Translations under genes and position numbers: made by a program
Shown here: positions 1 through 14,100 of the stretch, piece by piece
How positions within the stretch are numbered: position 1 is the stretch's first letter
How the letters are laid out: each line of letters begins with the position of its first letter
Notes under the pieces: model-generated
Told to the model about the DNA's origin: nothing
What the model saw: the letters and a program-made list of their open reading frames with translations, nothing else
Databases searched by the model: none
Assembly (NCBI RefSeq): GCF_006345805.1
Contig: NC_043007.1
Span: forward strand, 52,142,001-52,206,000
Reading direction: 5' to 3'
DNA length: 64,000 nt
DNA from: Octopus sinensis
Taxonomy: Eukaryota

Positions 1-133
1 TTCTTTGCTGCTGTTGTTGTTGTTTAAAAGAAAATTGTTGATGTTTTCTTGGCCAAACACTCACATATTAGCATGGAACAGAGTTGCTGAGATCTTCAAC
101 AGATTAACAGAAGCTTTAAGAAAAACAGTTGCT

Positions 134-182
134 TTACTGGGCTTTAGCCTTCTTTTTCAGGAATGGCAACTTGGATTGGACC
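134..182 (-). CDS. RTN: Reticulon terminal coding exon (49 nt): (Q)VQSKLPFLKKKAKAQ*; 3'UTR continues below 134
   Basis: Acceptor cttgcacag|. Aligns with the IQAKIPGLKRKAE-type tail; TAA at 134-136; C-terminal KxKxx (KAKAQ) resembles an ER-retrieval signal. Confidence 0.92.
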
Positions 183-786
183 CTGTGCAAGATAAATGGT
201 AAACAAAAACATTGTATTTACAGATAACAAAATTGTATAGATGTGATGACAGTCAAAACTGAAAACCCTCTTAGCTATAACAATATACATTAATATTATC
301 ACACACACACATTAACTGTTTTTTCTTACAGAAATGCAAGAAATGAAAAGTGAGAATTTTCAAGCTCTCTTTTGGTTATTATGTGTTATAAAAACAACTG
401 TTCCTTGACTACTTCCATGTAAATATATTTTATTCACACTGGGCATTTTTGTGTGGCTAAGAAATTCATTTTCAACCATGTAATTTCAAGTTCAGTCCTA
501 CTGCGAGGTATTGTGGGAAAATGCCTCCTACAGTGAATACAACATGGGCTTCTTTCAGTTTCTGTCTACTATATCCCTCACAAAACTTTGGTTGATCTAA
601 GGTTATAGAACGTACATGCCCAAGGTGCCACACAGTGGGGCTAAACCCAGAACAATGTGGTTGGGCAGCAAGCTTCTTACCATACAAAAAAATTTTGCAT
701 GTTCATAGAAGGCTGTTGTATAGCTCCAGGTCAGCCGTGATTCAGCAAGCCTATAATCAACATGTTCCAGTTATAATCAACCTGTA

Positions 787-2030
787 TGAGGGGTGTTCAT
801 TAAAAATTTCCCCTGACTCACTTCTGGTTAGTGCAGGAAACAGAACTTGTACAGGTATATTCAAACATGTCTCTACATGTCATATGAATTGCAGCTTTCC
901 ACTAGTATTCGTTTGTCTTTTACGGCTGCTGAAGTGGACTAAGGTGTTATAATGGAGGCAGATGAATGCAGATCGGTGATCAGGTTTTTATTCTTGAAAG
1001 GTTGTACACCAAAAGGGACTTTCAATGAGATGAAAGAAGTTTATGGTGATGATGCATCACCAGTTCAAATGTGGTTGGATATCGGTGGAAACTGCTCCTG
1101 TTCCTGGACGACCACATTCTGCCACTGATGATGACACCATCCATAAAGTGGAAGCCACCATTTTGGAGGATCATTGCATAACTATTCGGCAACTAGCCCA
1201 AAAAGTGAAGATAAGTGTAGGGTCCATGGAAAAACTCATTCATGACCATTTGCACATGCAGAAGTTGGCTGTATGATGGATTACACGGACACTCACACCT
1301 TTAGAGAAGCAGGAACGAGTCAATTGCACTTAGGCTCTTTAGGCAATGTGTTGAGAAAATGAGAACTTTTTTGGCAGACTTATCACACAGGATGAAATAT
1401 GGGTCCATCACTACGATCCTGAGACTAAAGTCACTGAAGCAATGGAAGCATGATAACTCACCACCTCCAAAGAAGGCTTGTGTCCAACCCTCAGCAGGCA
1501 AGGTGATGCTCAGCCTTTTGGGGCAAGTAGTGCAGAGTAGTGATCATGGATTTTCTGGCAAAAGGCACCACACTTAACAGGGCATATTATGCTTCCCTGC
1601 TACAGAAATTGCGGGACACCATCAAAGTAGAGAGGCGTGGCATACTGTTCAAAGGAGTCCACCTCCTCCAAGACAACATTCCAGTTCACAAAGTGCATGT
1701 TGCCCAGATGAAAGCACATTCCTGTGGCTATAAAATCCTCCCTCATTTCCCTTATTCTCCTGACCTCGCAACATCTGACTTCTACCTCTTTCCAACCATG
1801 AAGTCAGTTTTGAAGGGGAAGCACTTTTCAGATGATGAACTGATTTCTGAGGTAAAGTCTTGACTCCAGATGCAACCTACCAGCTTCTACAGATGAGGTC
1901 TTCACAGCTGCATAAAGCAATGGGAGAAGTGTGTCACCATTGGTGGTGGCTTTGTAGAGAAGGACTAATAATCATGCCAAGATTCATTTATCCCAAACTT
2001 TGGGAAGTGGGTTAAGGGAAATCTTACTGC
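787..2030 (+). mobile_element. Tc1/mariner (mariner-type) DNA transposon, decayed
   Basis: TA followed by TIR tgaggggtgttcattaaaaa at 787. Broken transposase pieces show HTH, ITQDExWVHHYDPE, LQDN and YSPDLATSDF. Multiple stops and frameshifts; right TIR is eroded, so the right end is approximate. Confidence 0.93.
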
Positions 2031-2269
2031 TCTTGTGAATTGTACATCATCTATGAGTACATTATTTAAATAGATACTTCACACAATAGTTAGTATACTT
2101 ACCAAAACTCTAAAAAGGGAAACTGGTGTAAACATTAATGTAGAATATAGGGGCATGTAGTATATTAATGGGAAACATAAGGACAAATAGTGTTAATGTT
2201 GAATAAAGGGACAAGTAGCATTAATATAGAATATAGGAGATCCATTGAGTCAAGTACACCAACATCAAA

Positions 2270-2758
2270 ATCAATGGAAACTGCAGTTGTGATCCCTGTG
2301 CCGGTGGCACGTAAAAAGCACCATCTGAATGTGGCCGATGCCAGCACTGCCTAGACTGACTTCCGTGCCGGTGGCACGTAAAAAGCACTATCCGAATCGT
2401 GGCCGATGCCAGCACCGCCTTAACTGGCTTCCGTGCCGGTGGCATGTAAAAAGCACCATCCAAATCGTGGCCGATGCCAGCGCCGCCTTGAGTGGCTTCC
2501 GTGCCGGTGGCACGTAAAATGCACCAATCCGATCGTGGCCATTGCCAGCCTCGCCTGGCACCTGTGCAGGTGGCACGTAAAAAGTACCCACTACACTCAC
2601 GGAGTGGTTGGCGTTAGGAAGGGCATCCAGCTGTAGAAACACTGCCAGATCAGACTGGAGCCTGGTGCAGCCTTCTGGCTTCCCAGATCCCCGGTTGAAC
2701 CGTCCAACCCATGCTAGCATGGAGAACGGACGTTAAACGATGATGATGATGATGATGA
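2270..2758 (+). mobile_element. RTE 3'-end fragment (or RTE-tailed SINE) with 68-bp tandem units and (GAT)n tail
   Basis: Homologous to the RTE 3'UTR at 26900-27378. Unit starts at 2361, 2429 and 2497; ends ggacgttaaacgatgatgatg. Confidence 0.85.
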
Positions 2759-4559
2759 TAGGGATATGTACAGTAGTTAATGACACCACAGCCAACAAAT
2801 CTTACAACAAATGTCAATTGTGAGAGAATAAAAACATTTTGAATTTGTTAACACTAAGAAGTTGTCTTGTGAAAGATGTTAATGTTGGTAATGAGAACAT
2901 ATGGTAGAGGAGAAGAACTATTGTTTCACCGTATAAAAAGTAATATATCTGAGGAAAGGATGGAGTTAGAGTTATGGGCCAATGTCAGTTATGGGCCAAT
3001 ATGATCAGACAGTTCAGTAATAATCATTCCTGTCTAGGACTACAATATATATTATGCTCTTTACATTTTTAAGATGGTGGGTGTAATCTTAGTGAGATTT
3101 AGTTGCTTGCTTGTAGCAGATAAATGAACATACACAGGTTGGCTTGTTTAGCCTAGGTCAAACTGAATTGAGAATATGTACCAGACATGCTAACTGTGAC
3201 TATCCTATCTTGAGAGACAGAACAACTTATCTTCTTCAAGATAAAGAGGTGTGATTTAAAGGAGATTTGGCTGCTATTTCTAGCAGATTGAGTTACTTAA
3301 AGTAATAAACAAGATAACTAAGGTCACATGACAATTTTTAATGAATCTTCAGCCATTTGGAAACAAAAGGTTTCCATGTGTGAAGTTGAATGATAGGAAG
3401 TTGTATGATTGGTTGGAAGGAAGGAAGTTGAATATACTTGTCTGGTTGTGCAATATTAAATAATTTAGTAGACAAAAAATAAGAGAGGTAAAAAAAAAAA
3501 AAAATCGAAGAGAAACATCAAGACAGGTTCGGGAACAAATATTAAAACAATTATGAATCTTGATTATCTAAATTAATGGAAAATTGTTAATAAAATGATA
3601 AATTTTCTAACTTTAGAGATCAAGGGTGTTTTAATATTTACATTACAGTTCAATCAGTTTGATTTGATTGAAATGTAATGCAGATGAAAATACTGAAAAA
3701 CCTTTCAATAGTCTTAAAAATTAACTTAGAATTTAACTTTTGTTAATAAACAATTTAAAGAAAAGAAAAATAACCCAGCCACCAACCACCTCCTCATGTA
3801 CTTTTGCTTTTATTATAAAAGATTAAATAAAAAAAGAAGCAAACTAAACAGAAAGACCAAGGAAAAATTATGAGAAACATTGGTTTATGGTCATTGTTTG
3901 TGTTGGACAACATAAATTAGGCACTAATTAAATTAGGTATTGAAGGATTCACGATCTAACTATTTTACATATACATGCTCATATTCTTAACTCAATACAA
4001 GTCAGAAGAACAGAAAAGTGAAAGTTAATCTAACATTGCAGTTAGCTCTAGTTACAAAAGTAGGCTAAGAAAGTTTCAGTGACTTTCTGATTAAGGCCAA
4101 CCCTGTCTTTTCTTATTGACAAATGACAGCAGTGCAGAGGAGTTTGTAGTCAAGAATTAGACTATGTCAAGTCTTTCAGGTTTATAGTAACACTTTGCCA
4201 TATTTCAGAAGCCTGAAACACGAATTCTTCAGGTTTAAACAGACCTCTATTACCATTTACTGGATTGTTAACAGGCATAATTCACTTAATCACAAATATG
4301 TTCACTCTTTTAAACTGTTATATTGAAACAAGAGAGTTTAAATTACTAAAACTATGTAAAAATTATAATGAAAGCAATTACGTAACAATCAATACTCCAT
4401 AATCACTCAATAATTTGGGGAGTGAGTCAATAAAGGAGTACCTAAGTGGTTGCTTAACCCGCTAGAAATAGCAGCTAAATCCTGTTCAGTCACGATTGAC
4501 CATGGGTGCACCTAAGAGGTTCCCCTCCAAGGTACAAGTCTGGGTGGAAAATTGCCTCA

Positions 4560-4812
4560 CCAGCAAACACACAACCTAGGGTTGCTTTTATGGAAGACCA
4601 GCAGTTGCCCATGCATGCCAGCCACCCCTCTCCATGCCACTGATGTTATCCAAGGGAAAGGCAAAGGCCGATACAGCTTGGCACCAGTGACGTCGCAACT
4701 CATTTCTACAGCTGAGTGAACTGGAGCAACGTGAAATAAAGTGTCGTGCTCAAGAATGCAACACGCAGCCTGGTCCGGGAATCAAACTCACAACCTCATG
4801 ATTGTAAGCTCA
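4560..4812 (-). mobile_element. tRNA-derived SINE copy
   Basis: B-box-like gagtttgattcccgg on the minus strand, followed by a ttcttgagcacgacactttatttcacg core. Boundaries approximate. Confidence 0.55.
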
Positions 4813-4840
4813 TCTTTAAAAAAGAGGAATATATTAGATA

Positions 4841-5199
4841 AGTGAGTTTTCAACCATTTTTTACCTATGGACCCCTTTGATCGTTATTTTATTCTGCTTG
4901 ATCCCCATAGCCATTTCATGTTTAAAAACCAGTTTTATTGATACTTCTTTCTCGCTTTTCACCCCATTCACTTGTGTTGGCTTGCAATAGCACCCACTGA
5001 AAGAACATGTTTCAGTGGTAGGAAACATGTTAAACCATGTAAAACATTAGAGAAAGAAACATAGCTGTTTCTTGCAATAAATACATATAAAGCAAAATTG
5101 TTTTCATAAACATTTAAAATTCTGTTGTGGATTCCCAATTTATTATTTTGCTGGTGTCAACTCCATAAAATCTTATATGGACCCTGGTTGAGAACCACT
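4841..5199. mobile_element. Probable hAT (Charlie-type) MITE
   Basis: Ends agtgagttttcaacc ... ggttgagaaccact resemble the CAGTGGTTCTCAACC TIR. No clean 8-bp target-site duplication seen. Confidence 0.5.
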
Positions 5200-6799
5200 A
5201 AATTAGAATTTTTTTCTGGGTGGGGCAAGAAAACCCAAACAAAAAGTGACCTTTTAATTAAACTTGAGTAGTGTCTAAAGTGTCTTAAAATCACAACTGC
5301 TTAATGTTTGGTTAATTACTTTCCTTAATTTAATGTTCACAATAAGATCTAATTTGTTTCCATCCAGAACATACAGTATGATTTTTCTGCATAATGTGTG
5401 AATAAGTAAGGCTGTGATGTTAAAATGTTCACATAGCAATCGCATAGTTGGTACTATAGGCAAGTGTTTTTTACCCTAGCCTTGCATAGAACAGAAACTG
5501 TGTGAAAGCCATGTTGATAGGCTAAACCAGTTTTGGGGTGGTTACACTTGCTTTAACCACCCAGCCATTATCACATCCATCTCCTTCCTATTGACCTTTC
5601 AATATCCACTATGAAAACACAATGTTGACTATGAAACCACAAACAATGACCACAGACGCAGAAATGGTACCCCAGAACCTTAAGAGCAACAAATCAAGAA
5701 TAAAAATTTGAAATTGCTGAGAAAACAAAAACTTACCAAGGACTGAAATATCAAATATGATAAAAGATTAAAAAATATAATCAAAGAAATAAATGAATTG
5801 GTGAAAAATAAAATCAAAATATTCTAATTTTTGTTTTTAAAGTTTAATCAGGAAGAAGGGGCAGTGGCCTATGACCTCCAGAGGTCAAAGTAGTTATGTT
5901 CACCTTGAATAAATCAAAGTTAGAGTAAACACAGGTTGAGGAATGACAACACTGCAAATAAAAAGGATTGGGTTAATGTGGTACTTTGAGGCAGGGGAGA
6001 GGATTTGGGTGGTGGTAGTGAAGAATAGAGACTATTTTAGTAGCAGTGCAATAAACACAGAGAGTAGACACAATGTGTCTATCAGATGTTAGTGAGTTGA
6101 TGCTAGTCAGTAGCAGCACTGACCCTCCTTGATGTGATAGAGAAGTAATCCACAGTTTTTTGTGAATCTGAGATTGTCAGAAGAGATCATTAATTATGGT
6201 GAAGCAAAGTATTAATAATAACTTTGAGTTTTAATTTAGTATTACTGGAGTTGGACTTAATGTAAGGAGACAAGATTTGACATATCCCCACCAGAGAATG
6301 TTTTTATGGTCTCTGATCATGGAGTTAGGGTGGGTTTAGTGTAAGGTGTCAATGATGTTTGTGTGACTTGAAGAGAATGTAGGATTGGTACCAATTGTAT
6401 AGAAGTAGGCATTGTTGGTGTGAGAAAAAGACCCTCCCCTGTGACACACAACAGATGATATGAGTAGAGGTCAGAGTGAAATGTGGGTGTGTGTGAGGGG
6501 CTCCTTTGGTACACAATAAATAAAGAAGATGGAAACTAATTTTACATCTCTAAACTACTAAAACTGTAATTGCTCCCTTGCTTGTGTGAGAGCAATTGTC
6601 AGTAATTTAATACAGCCAAACCAGTGCATAATGGGAAAATACTCTGAAAGTAAAGTACCTCTGATATGTGAATATACATAGAATAAAACAAGTTTCGCGT
6701 ATATCAGATACGGGGTTTTTTTGGGAGGTTGTTTCCACAAATTTAAGCAGTGAAAGCTGGAGTTATTGCACTTTACTGTGAACACCTACATAGTTTTGT

Positions 6800-7790
6800 T
6801 GGCATATTCCACCGACTTTGTTGCCTCATAACTTCCAGAAAAATGGATACATTTTAACAAAATTTTAAAGAAATACCGCTTAGATGCTATGGACTCAGAA
6901 TATATAGGGATTTATGGAAAAAAAATTTTTCAGAGGGGTTGGAGAGAGGAGTTTCGGAAAATGGATTTCTTTTAATGAAATTTGTGGGGAAAATTTTTTC
7001 TGAGGGGGTGGGGGGTTGAGTTTCCAAAAAAAATGGCGTTTCACATAAACAATCAGGGACAGGGAGTGGGGTTGCAAAAAAACCCATAATTTTTCACATT
7101 TTTTTTTTTATAGCATATAGATGTATTTATGAGGAGTAAAATGTTGAAAAACATCAATACATTCGAGAGTGATAAAGAAACGAGGAGGGTTGTCTTGGAA
7201 TGTGCTAGAAACAACTGCCAAATCTCCCTTAAATCACTCACTTTTCCCTCTGAAACTATTAACAATTTTCTTGATATTTTTTTTTTTACTGGTTTTGAAG
7301 TGCAAAAAAGAATTGGCCAAAATTGGTCTGGAGAGGAATGATGAAGGGGTTGTAAAAAAAAAATTTTAAAAACATTTTTTCATAAAAAGATGTTCCCCAC
7401 CCACATCATTTTGAAGGCTGTGGTTTAAAAAAATGGGGAAAATTCCCATAAAAACGGACTCCATTTTTTGAAATTCCTCTTCCCACCTCCTTGGAAAAAG
7501 TTTTACATACAAATTTCTTTATAATCGTAATCTATGCTGTTTGAAAGGTATTTGTATAAAATTTTATTAAAAGATATCCATTTTCCTGAAAGTTATGAGG
7601 GTAAAAAGTTGGATTGTGTGAATTATCTGAAACTCCTCACCCTACCCCATCAAAAAAATTATTTCCCATAAATCCCTATATACTCTGAATCCACAGTACC
7701 TAAGCAGTATTTGTTGAAAATTTTGTTAAAAAGTATTCATTTTTTTGGAAGTTATGAGGTAACAAAATTGGGTGGGGGTGGAATATACAT
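6800..7790. repeat. Foldback/MITE-like element with about 130-bp inverted termini
   Basis: 6800-6935 is the reverse complement of 7650-7790 (e.g. tcagaatatatagggatttatgg / ccataaatccctatatactctga). Flanks 6600-6720 and 7845-7980 are diverged direct repeats. Confidence 0.7.
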
Positions 7791-8553
7791 CTAGAGTTAT
7801 GCCAGTTTTGTTTATGTGCTTGCTTGCGTGCATGCTTGTCTGTAATTTAATAGAGCCAAACCAGCGCATAATGAGAAAATACTCTAAAAGTTAGGTATTC
7901 CTGAAATGTGTATACAAACAGAATAAAACAAGTTTCGTATAAATTGGACCATGGATTCCCGAGATACATGGTTTTGGGGGGTACCTTCATAAATAACAAA
8001 AAGGTGCATAATGAGAAAATACTCCGAAAGTAACATAACCCTGAAATGAGAGAACTGTTTCCTCTAATTTTATGCTTATATTATTAAAAATTCCTTTTGC
8101 ATTTTTGTAGAAGTGTGCACATATGCCATAAATAAATGCTGTTACTGGAGTTCAAGTTAATTATGGAAGTTGTAAAGAATCAATAAAACCTTAAACATGA
8201 ACTTGTAAACCAGACCTATGATGACACGAATGAATTGAAATATTTAACTGAATCATCATAAAATTTACTTTCATTTCAATGCAATGTTGAAATCAGCTTC
8301 AGTGTTTTATAACTTCAGCCGTCAGTGACCCAAAGAGTCACAGGTAGTCTAGTCTATATTAATAAAATTGATTTGGTAAGACTGACATATCAGTTTATCA
8401 GTTTGTTATAGTCACTACACCCTCCTCCTCCTCCCGCAGCTAGCCCTACAAAGATTTTAGCATTCCAATAAACTTTCTCAACAGGTAAACTTTTTACTAG
8501 GTCATGTCACCTGAGAAGGGTGGGAGGGAGGGAGAGTACATGTGTGTATGTAA

Positions 8554-8604
<51 letters not shown>

Positions 8605-8660
8605 AAAGCATGATCATGGTTAATAGGGAGATGTCATAAAGTAAAAATGAAATATCTTAC

Positions 8661-8719
8661 TGCTGCAATATTTTATTGAATTGACTCCTCGCCATTGCCA
8701 AGTAATTATCAATTTGAAC
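8661..8719 (-). CDS. RTN: Reticulon RHD exon (59 nt): VQIDNYLAMARSQFNKILQ(Q)
   Basis: Acceptor gtcattacag|, donor |gtaaga. Contains the QIDxYL motif of the amphipathic helix; 59 nt as in other reticulons. Confidence 0.94.
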
Positions 8720-8984
8720 CTGTAATGACAAAAGCAGATGTTTAAAACAATATTTAATTAATTAGTTCTACTAATAATCAGTATACTAGTAATCATATCA
8801 TCAACACATTGTATTTTCTGTTTTTGTGGAAGAATTGTACTTTCCATGGAGTCAGGGCATTGATGTTTACATAATAGACAACCAACTAAATGGTAAACCT
8901 GATATTAGAGGGAACTGAAATTTTTGATTCAAGCTAAATGCAAATATTTTCTTCTCAGACATTTAATATGTTTTGTATATTTTC

Positions 8985-9170
8985 TACTATAGGTCTGAAA
9001 TTTTGTAGGAGGAAGCAAGTCGATTACATTGGCCCCAGTACTTAGTTGGCAATTAATCTATCAACTCTGAAAGGATGAAAGGCAGATTTGAACCTAGAAT
9101 GTAACGAGCCAGGCGAAATGTCATTTAGCATTATGTCCAGAGTACTAATGACCCTGCTAGCCCAACAAAT
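8985..9170 (-). mobile_element. Second tRNA-derived SINE family copy
   Basis: Same family as 9325-9540 (+), 20680-20880 (-) and 56790-56945 (-); shares gaaaggatgaaaggcaa and gatttgaac. Confidence 0.7.
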
Positions 9171-9324
9171 AAGAATAGCAAGTGACGTCTTCTTCTGTAT
9201 CAACATTTAAAAAAAAAAATTTACAACATGGTTTGAAGCAAAAGTTGTATTACTAATTAATCACAAAATAAACATGCTAGAATCAACACACTAAATATTC
9301 TGATGCTGATATTAAAACAGTATT

Positions 9325-9540
9325 AAGGTGGTGAGCTGGCAGAATTGTTAGCACACTGGGCCAAATGATTAGAACCATTTCATCCATATTTATGTTCTGA
9401 CTTCAAATTCCACTGAGGTTGACTTTGCCTTTCATCTTTTCGGAGTCGATAAAGTAAGTACAAGTACTGGGGTTGATGTAATTGGCTTACCCACTCCTCT
9501 GAAATTGCTGGCCTTGTGTCAAAGTTTGAAATCAATATTA
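9325..9540 (+). mobile_element. Second tRNA-derived SINE family copy
   Basis: Head ggtggtgagctggcagaattgttagc (A-box-like) and ttcaaattcc (B-box-like); head-to-head with 8985-9170. Confidence 0.75.
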
Positions 9541-9870
9541 AAGCAATACTAATTATGGATTTAAATGTATTATAAATGGACTGAAATCAACTTTTATACA
9601 GCTAAACTACGACATGACCATATTTTCTTGCAACAACTGCTCAACATTTGATGTGATGAAAGGAAAAGCTAACATTGATGATCAGGGATGTTAGTTTTAC
9701 ACTCATGTAAGTGAATTTATAATTTTTGCATAAAACACTTAGAAGATTTATTTTCACTATATAATAGAAATATGTTACAAAAAGAAAAAAAAATACACAT
9801 TGAAAAATAAGTGAAAATGCACATTGGAAAAAAAAAAGAAAGTAAAGGCTTTTTATGAAAAGTAATGATA

Positions 9871-11152
9871 CGAGGGGCGTTCAATAAGTAATGCTCCTGA
9901 CCCACTTGCATTTATTTGATCTAGCTGAAATTTTGCATGTACAATTATTTATATCTTTATAGATTAAGTGGCAAATTACAGCTCTGAACTAATTGTGGTT
10001 TCTGATTTACAGGTGTTTGAACTGAGTCAAGTGTGAAATGGAGCCTGTTAAGTGTCGAGTAGTGATCCGGTTTTTGTATTTGAAAGAACGCACACCACGG
10101 GAGACTTTTGATGAAATGAAAGTAACTTATGGTGATGAAGCCCCATCATATGACCTTGTAAAACGCTGGCATCGTGAAGTCAAACATGGTCGGAACTCTG
10201 TGGAAACAGCTCCCAGATCTTGTCGCCCCCTTCTGCCATTGATGAGGCATCTGTCCGTCATGTTGAGGCTGCCATTTTGGAAGATCGACGCATAACAATT
10301 CACCAAATAGCCCATGAGGTCAAGATTAGTACCGGGTCTGTGGAAACTATTATTCATGACCATTTGCATATGCAAAAGGTGTCTGCCAGATGGATTCCCA
10401 GGTTGCTCACATCTTTCCAGAAGCAAGAATGTGTCGATTGCTCGAGGATGAATTTGGAGATGTGCCAAGAAGATGAGTCAAAATTTTTCAAAAGACTGAT
10501 TACACAGGATGAAACCTGGGTCCATCACTATGATCCAGAGACCAAAGCCCAGTCAATGCAGTGGACACACCGTGACTCACCTCCTCCAAAGAAGGCAAGG
10601 GTGCAGCCCTCTGCTGGCAAGGTCATGCTCAGTCTTCCGGGACCAGGACGGAGTACTGATGACAGATTTCCTGGCAAAGGGTGCCACAATTACAGGAGCC
10701 TATTATGCTTCACTTTTGAGGAAATTAAAAGAAGTTATCAAAATCAAGAGGCGGGGCAAGATCAGCAAAGGCATCCTCCTCTTGCAGGACAACGCTCCGG
10801 TTCACAACTCGCGTGTCGCCAGATCAGAAGCACAGGCGTGCGGCTATGAACTCATCCCCCATCTCTCCTGACCTTGCACCCTCTGATTTTCACCTCTTCC
10901 CAGCCATGAAGTTGTTTTTGAAAGGAAAGCGTTTCCCAGATGATGCAGCCTTGATTTCTGAAGTCACGTTGTGGTTGGAGGACCAAGCTGGGGTCTTCTA
11001 CAAAAACGGTCTTCAGAGCTGCATGAAACGATGTGAGAAATGTGTGACTCTAGGTGGTTCCTATGTAGAAAAAGACTAATAACTGTGCTACGTTTCGTTG
11101 CTTTACTGGTATGGGAAGTGGGTCAGAGGCATTACTTATTGAACGCCCCTCA
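9871..11152 (+). mobile_element. Mariner DNA transposon, full length (1282 bp), transposase with about 3 frameshifts
   Basis: Matching TIRs cgaggggcgttcaataagtaatgc / gcattacttattgaacgcccctca. TA target-site duplication at 9869-70 and 11153-54. Motifs WIPRLL, TQDETW, LQDNA and SPDLAPSDF. Same family as 787-2030. Confidence 0.97.
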
Positions 11153-11154
11153 TA

Positions 11155-14100
11155 GATATATACAATTAGATGAACTGAGGTAAGAATAAAAGTAATAAAA
11201 GTCATTATTGCGAATTGTTAAAGAGATTTCAAAGCATACTGGTTTCGTAAATTACTAATCATTGCTTTGAATGAACACCGATTACTAAACGGTGTCAGGT
11301 CTACTAGTTCCTGAGTAAAAAGATTATGTGTAAGGGAGGTAAGTAGTTCTGGATTTGGTGCAATTAGGGTAGATATAGATCTGTAAATGTGAATGGTGTA
11401 TGGGATGTATGGGGGTTAGTGGTATTAATTGAAAGGTTAGTAGTGTTCTGTATTATGTTGTGTTCATACTGAGTTGGGCAAGATATTTATTGATGAAAGT
11501 TGCCTCTTTATTCATTCTTTGCTGTACTAAGGTGTGCTGTGAACATTGATAGAAGGGGAAAATTAGGAAATTAGGATAAAGATTCCTAGCACACCTTTCT
11601 ATGTGTTCACTAACCTGTATCTGTCTGTATTGTGGGCAGTGGATTTGTTCTTTGTGGAGAGTGGTTCTTCAATAGAATGATATTCCTGTTTGGCCAATAT
11701 AATTATTACTACACCCTAAGCATGTAATGGCATAGATTAGATTTTCCAAGGCACAGGTGAAACTTGATTTGATCTTAAATACTTCACCTTCTTTAAAGTG
11801 GAATTCTGAACCCTCCAAAAGGTGGGGGCATGTATCACAGTTAGGTCGACCACATTTTTTGACTTTTGGCTCTGTTGTTAATGGATATAATCTTGTGCTG
11901 GTTAATATTTTTTTCAGTGATTTAGGTTGCATTTTGCTTTTGATAATTTTGTATGAGCTTAAAAATTTTGTTCATTGTTTTATCTCCTGTGAGGATGGGA
12001 AGATTTTGGGTGATAATGTTGAAGGCTTCGTTGTCTCTAGGGTTATGTGTGGAGATGTACGGGAGTATTTTTAAGTTTGGTTTAGTATTTCGGTTGACTT
12101 TCCTTAATGTTCGTATATTTCCATAGCTCGTTTAATGTCATCATTTATGAATGATATTGAGTAATGTCTTTTGATTAGTATTGATCTGAGTTCAAAGAGT
12201 CTTCGTTCACGAGTATAGGTGTCCAAAACTATGGTACAGATTCTTTTCGCTAGATTATGAGGTATATTAATTTTTATGTGTTTGGGGTGGCATGAGTTGA
12301 ACAATAGGTATTGTTTAGAATCTGTGAGTTTATAAAAGATGTCTGTTTCGATGTGGTTATTGACTATTTTAATTAGGATGTCAAGAAAAGGGAGTTGTTT
12401 ACTGCTGTGCTCCATGGTGAATTGTATGTTGCTATTAATATTGTTAAGCATTATTTTGAAATCAAGGAATTTGTCCATGCTGTCTTTCCAAAGTATAAAG
12501 CAATCATCCAAATACCTCTTCCAGTTCTCCTCTAAATAGCAATGAAATGAGGTGCCATATTTTTATAGTGATGATTGATATAACTTAAACTCTAGGTAAC
12601 CCATTACAAGTGTCGCAATCATTGGAGCAGCTTGAGTCCCCATTGCAATTCCACATTTTTGTTGATAGTAAACCATATTGAACATGAAATACTTGTTCAG
12701 TAGGATGAATTTGAGTGCTGCGATTATGAATCTGTGGTTAATGCGTCCTGGGATCTCTTCTGGGTATTTTTCTAGCCAGAAGGCGATCGCTTCTATACCA
12801 TAACCATGTGGGATATTGGTGTACAGGTTCACCACATCAAATGATACCAACAGGGTTCCTTCATTTATTGTCTTCAGGAGATGGTTCAGCAGGTCTAAGT
12901 CATTCCTGACGAAGCTTTTCACATATTTTAGAAACAGTTTAAGTAAGATGTCAAGGAAGTTGCTCAAACAGTGGGTTTCACAAGAAGGGCCAGCAATGAT
13001 GGGTCTCAGTTTGAGGTCAGTAGGGAGAGGAACAATAATGCATAGGCTTGGAGAAACTTTGCAGGCTTTACAAATATGTGGATTTTTGTGTATTTTAGGA
13101 AATTCGTAGAATAGACTAGGACTGCATTTAAAATTGGATAAAAAGTCTATTTCATGTCTAGTGAGACCCTTTCCATGTATTTGAAGTAAGGAGGATAAGT
13201 TTTTAAGTGTCTTCTATGGGTTGTATTGTATTATCTTCTCATAGTAAATACTATTTTCCAACATGGAGAGTATTAAATTCTTGTAGTACTCTGTGTCCAT
13301 CACCACTACTGCACTTACTGTGTCAGCCAGGTTTTTATCATTTTTTAACTCAATTAGGTCTTTCCATTCATTTACATTAAGGTTGAATTTAATTCGTTGT
13401 TTTTGTAGGGTATTAAAAGGAAAACTGGTAATGTGTTCACAAAAAGCATCAAGTGCTTTATTTCTGCCTTTTGTAGGATAGTATTCACTTTTGTTTTTTT
13501 ATTATTGAGTCATCTTCGCTGGTGTAGTTGTGAAGTGTTTCTGTGAGGTGTAATTTTCAGCAGAAATCCATAATGTTTATCCTTAATTTCATTCAGGTTC
13601 GATCTGCGAGGGGTTGGAGTAAACTTTAAACCTCTTGCTAGAATTTTAGTTTATGTGGTACTTAGGATTTTCTATGATAAGTTGATCATTTTCGGTTGTT
13701 CTTGTACATTTTGTTCCATTTCACATCTCTGTTTCTCTGGTTTATGTCTAAAAAATGGTTGTAGTAGGTGGATTGTTGTGGAAAGTCTTTATTGTGTTTG
13801 GTTTGCTGTAGTAGTATGTTTGTGGTGGAGTGGCTGTGTAGCGGACTGGATTTTGGTTGTACTGAGGGTTGTTATATTATCTATGGTTGATGTGGTTTGG
13901 GTTTAAATTTATTTTTAAAATAGTAATGTGGGTGAAGGGAGAGGTTATGTTGTCTAGTTAGGTTGTGTCTAGTTGAATGATTGAAGTATCCGTGTTGAGG
14001 GTTTAGTCTTGGAGGTAAATTCTTCCATTGATTGTGAGATGATGGGGGTAGATCGGTAGGTATTAGTTCCCAAAAGTTTAGGTTAGTCTGGAGGTTTCGA

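Noticed and set aside
5900-6520. Possible very old PLE/GIY-YIG remnant on the minus strand (FTLTSTHIICCV...); similar vague signals at 54560-55500 and 62760-63500
   Set aside because: The resemblance is too weak to support by eye and needs a profile search.
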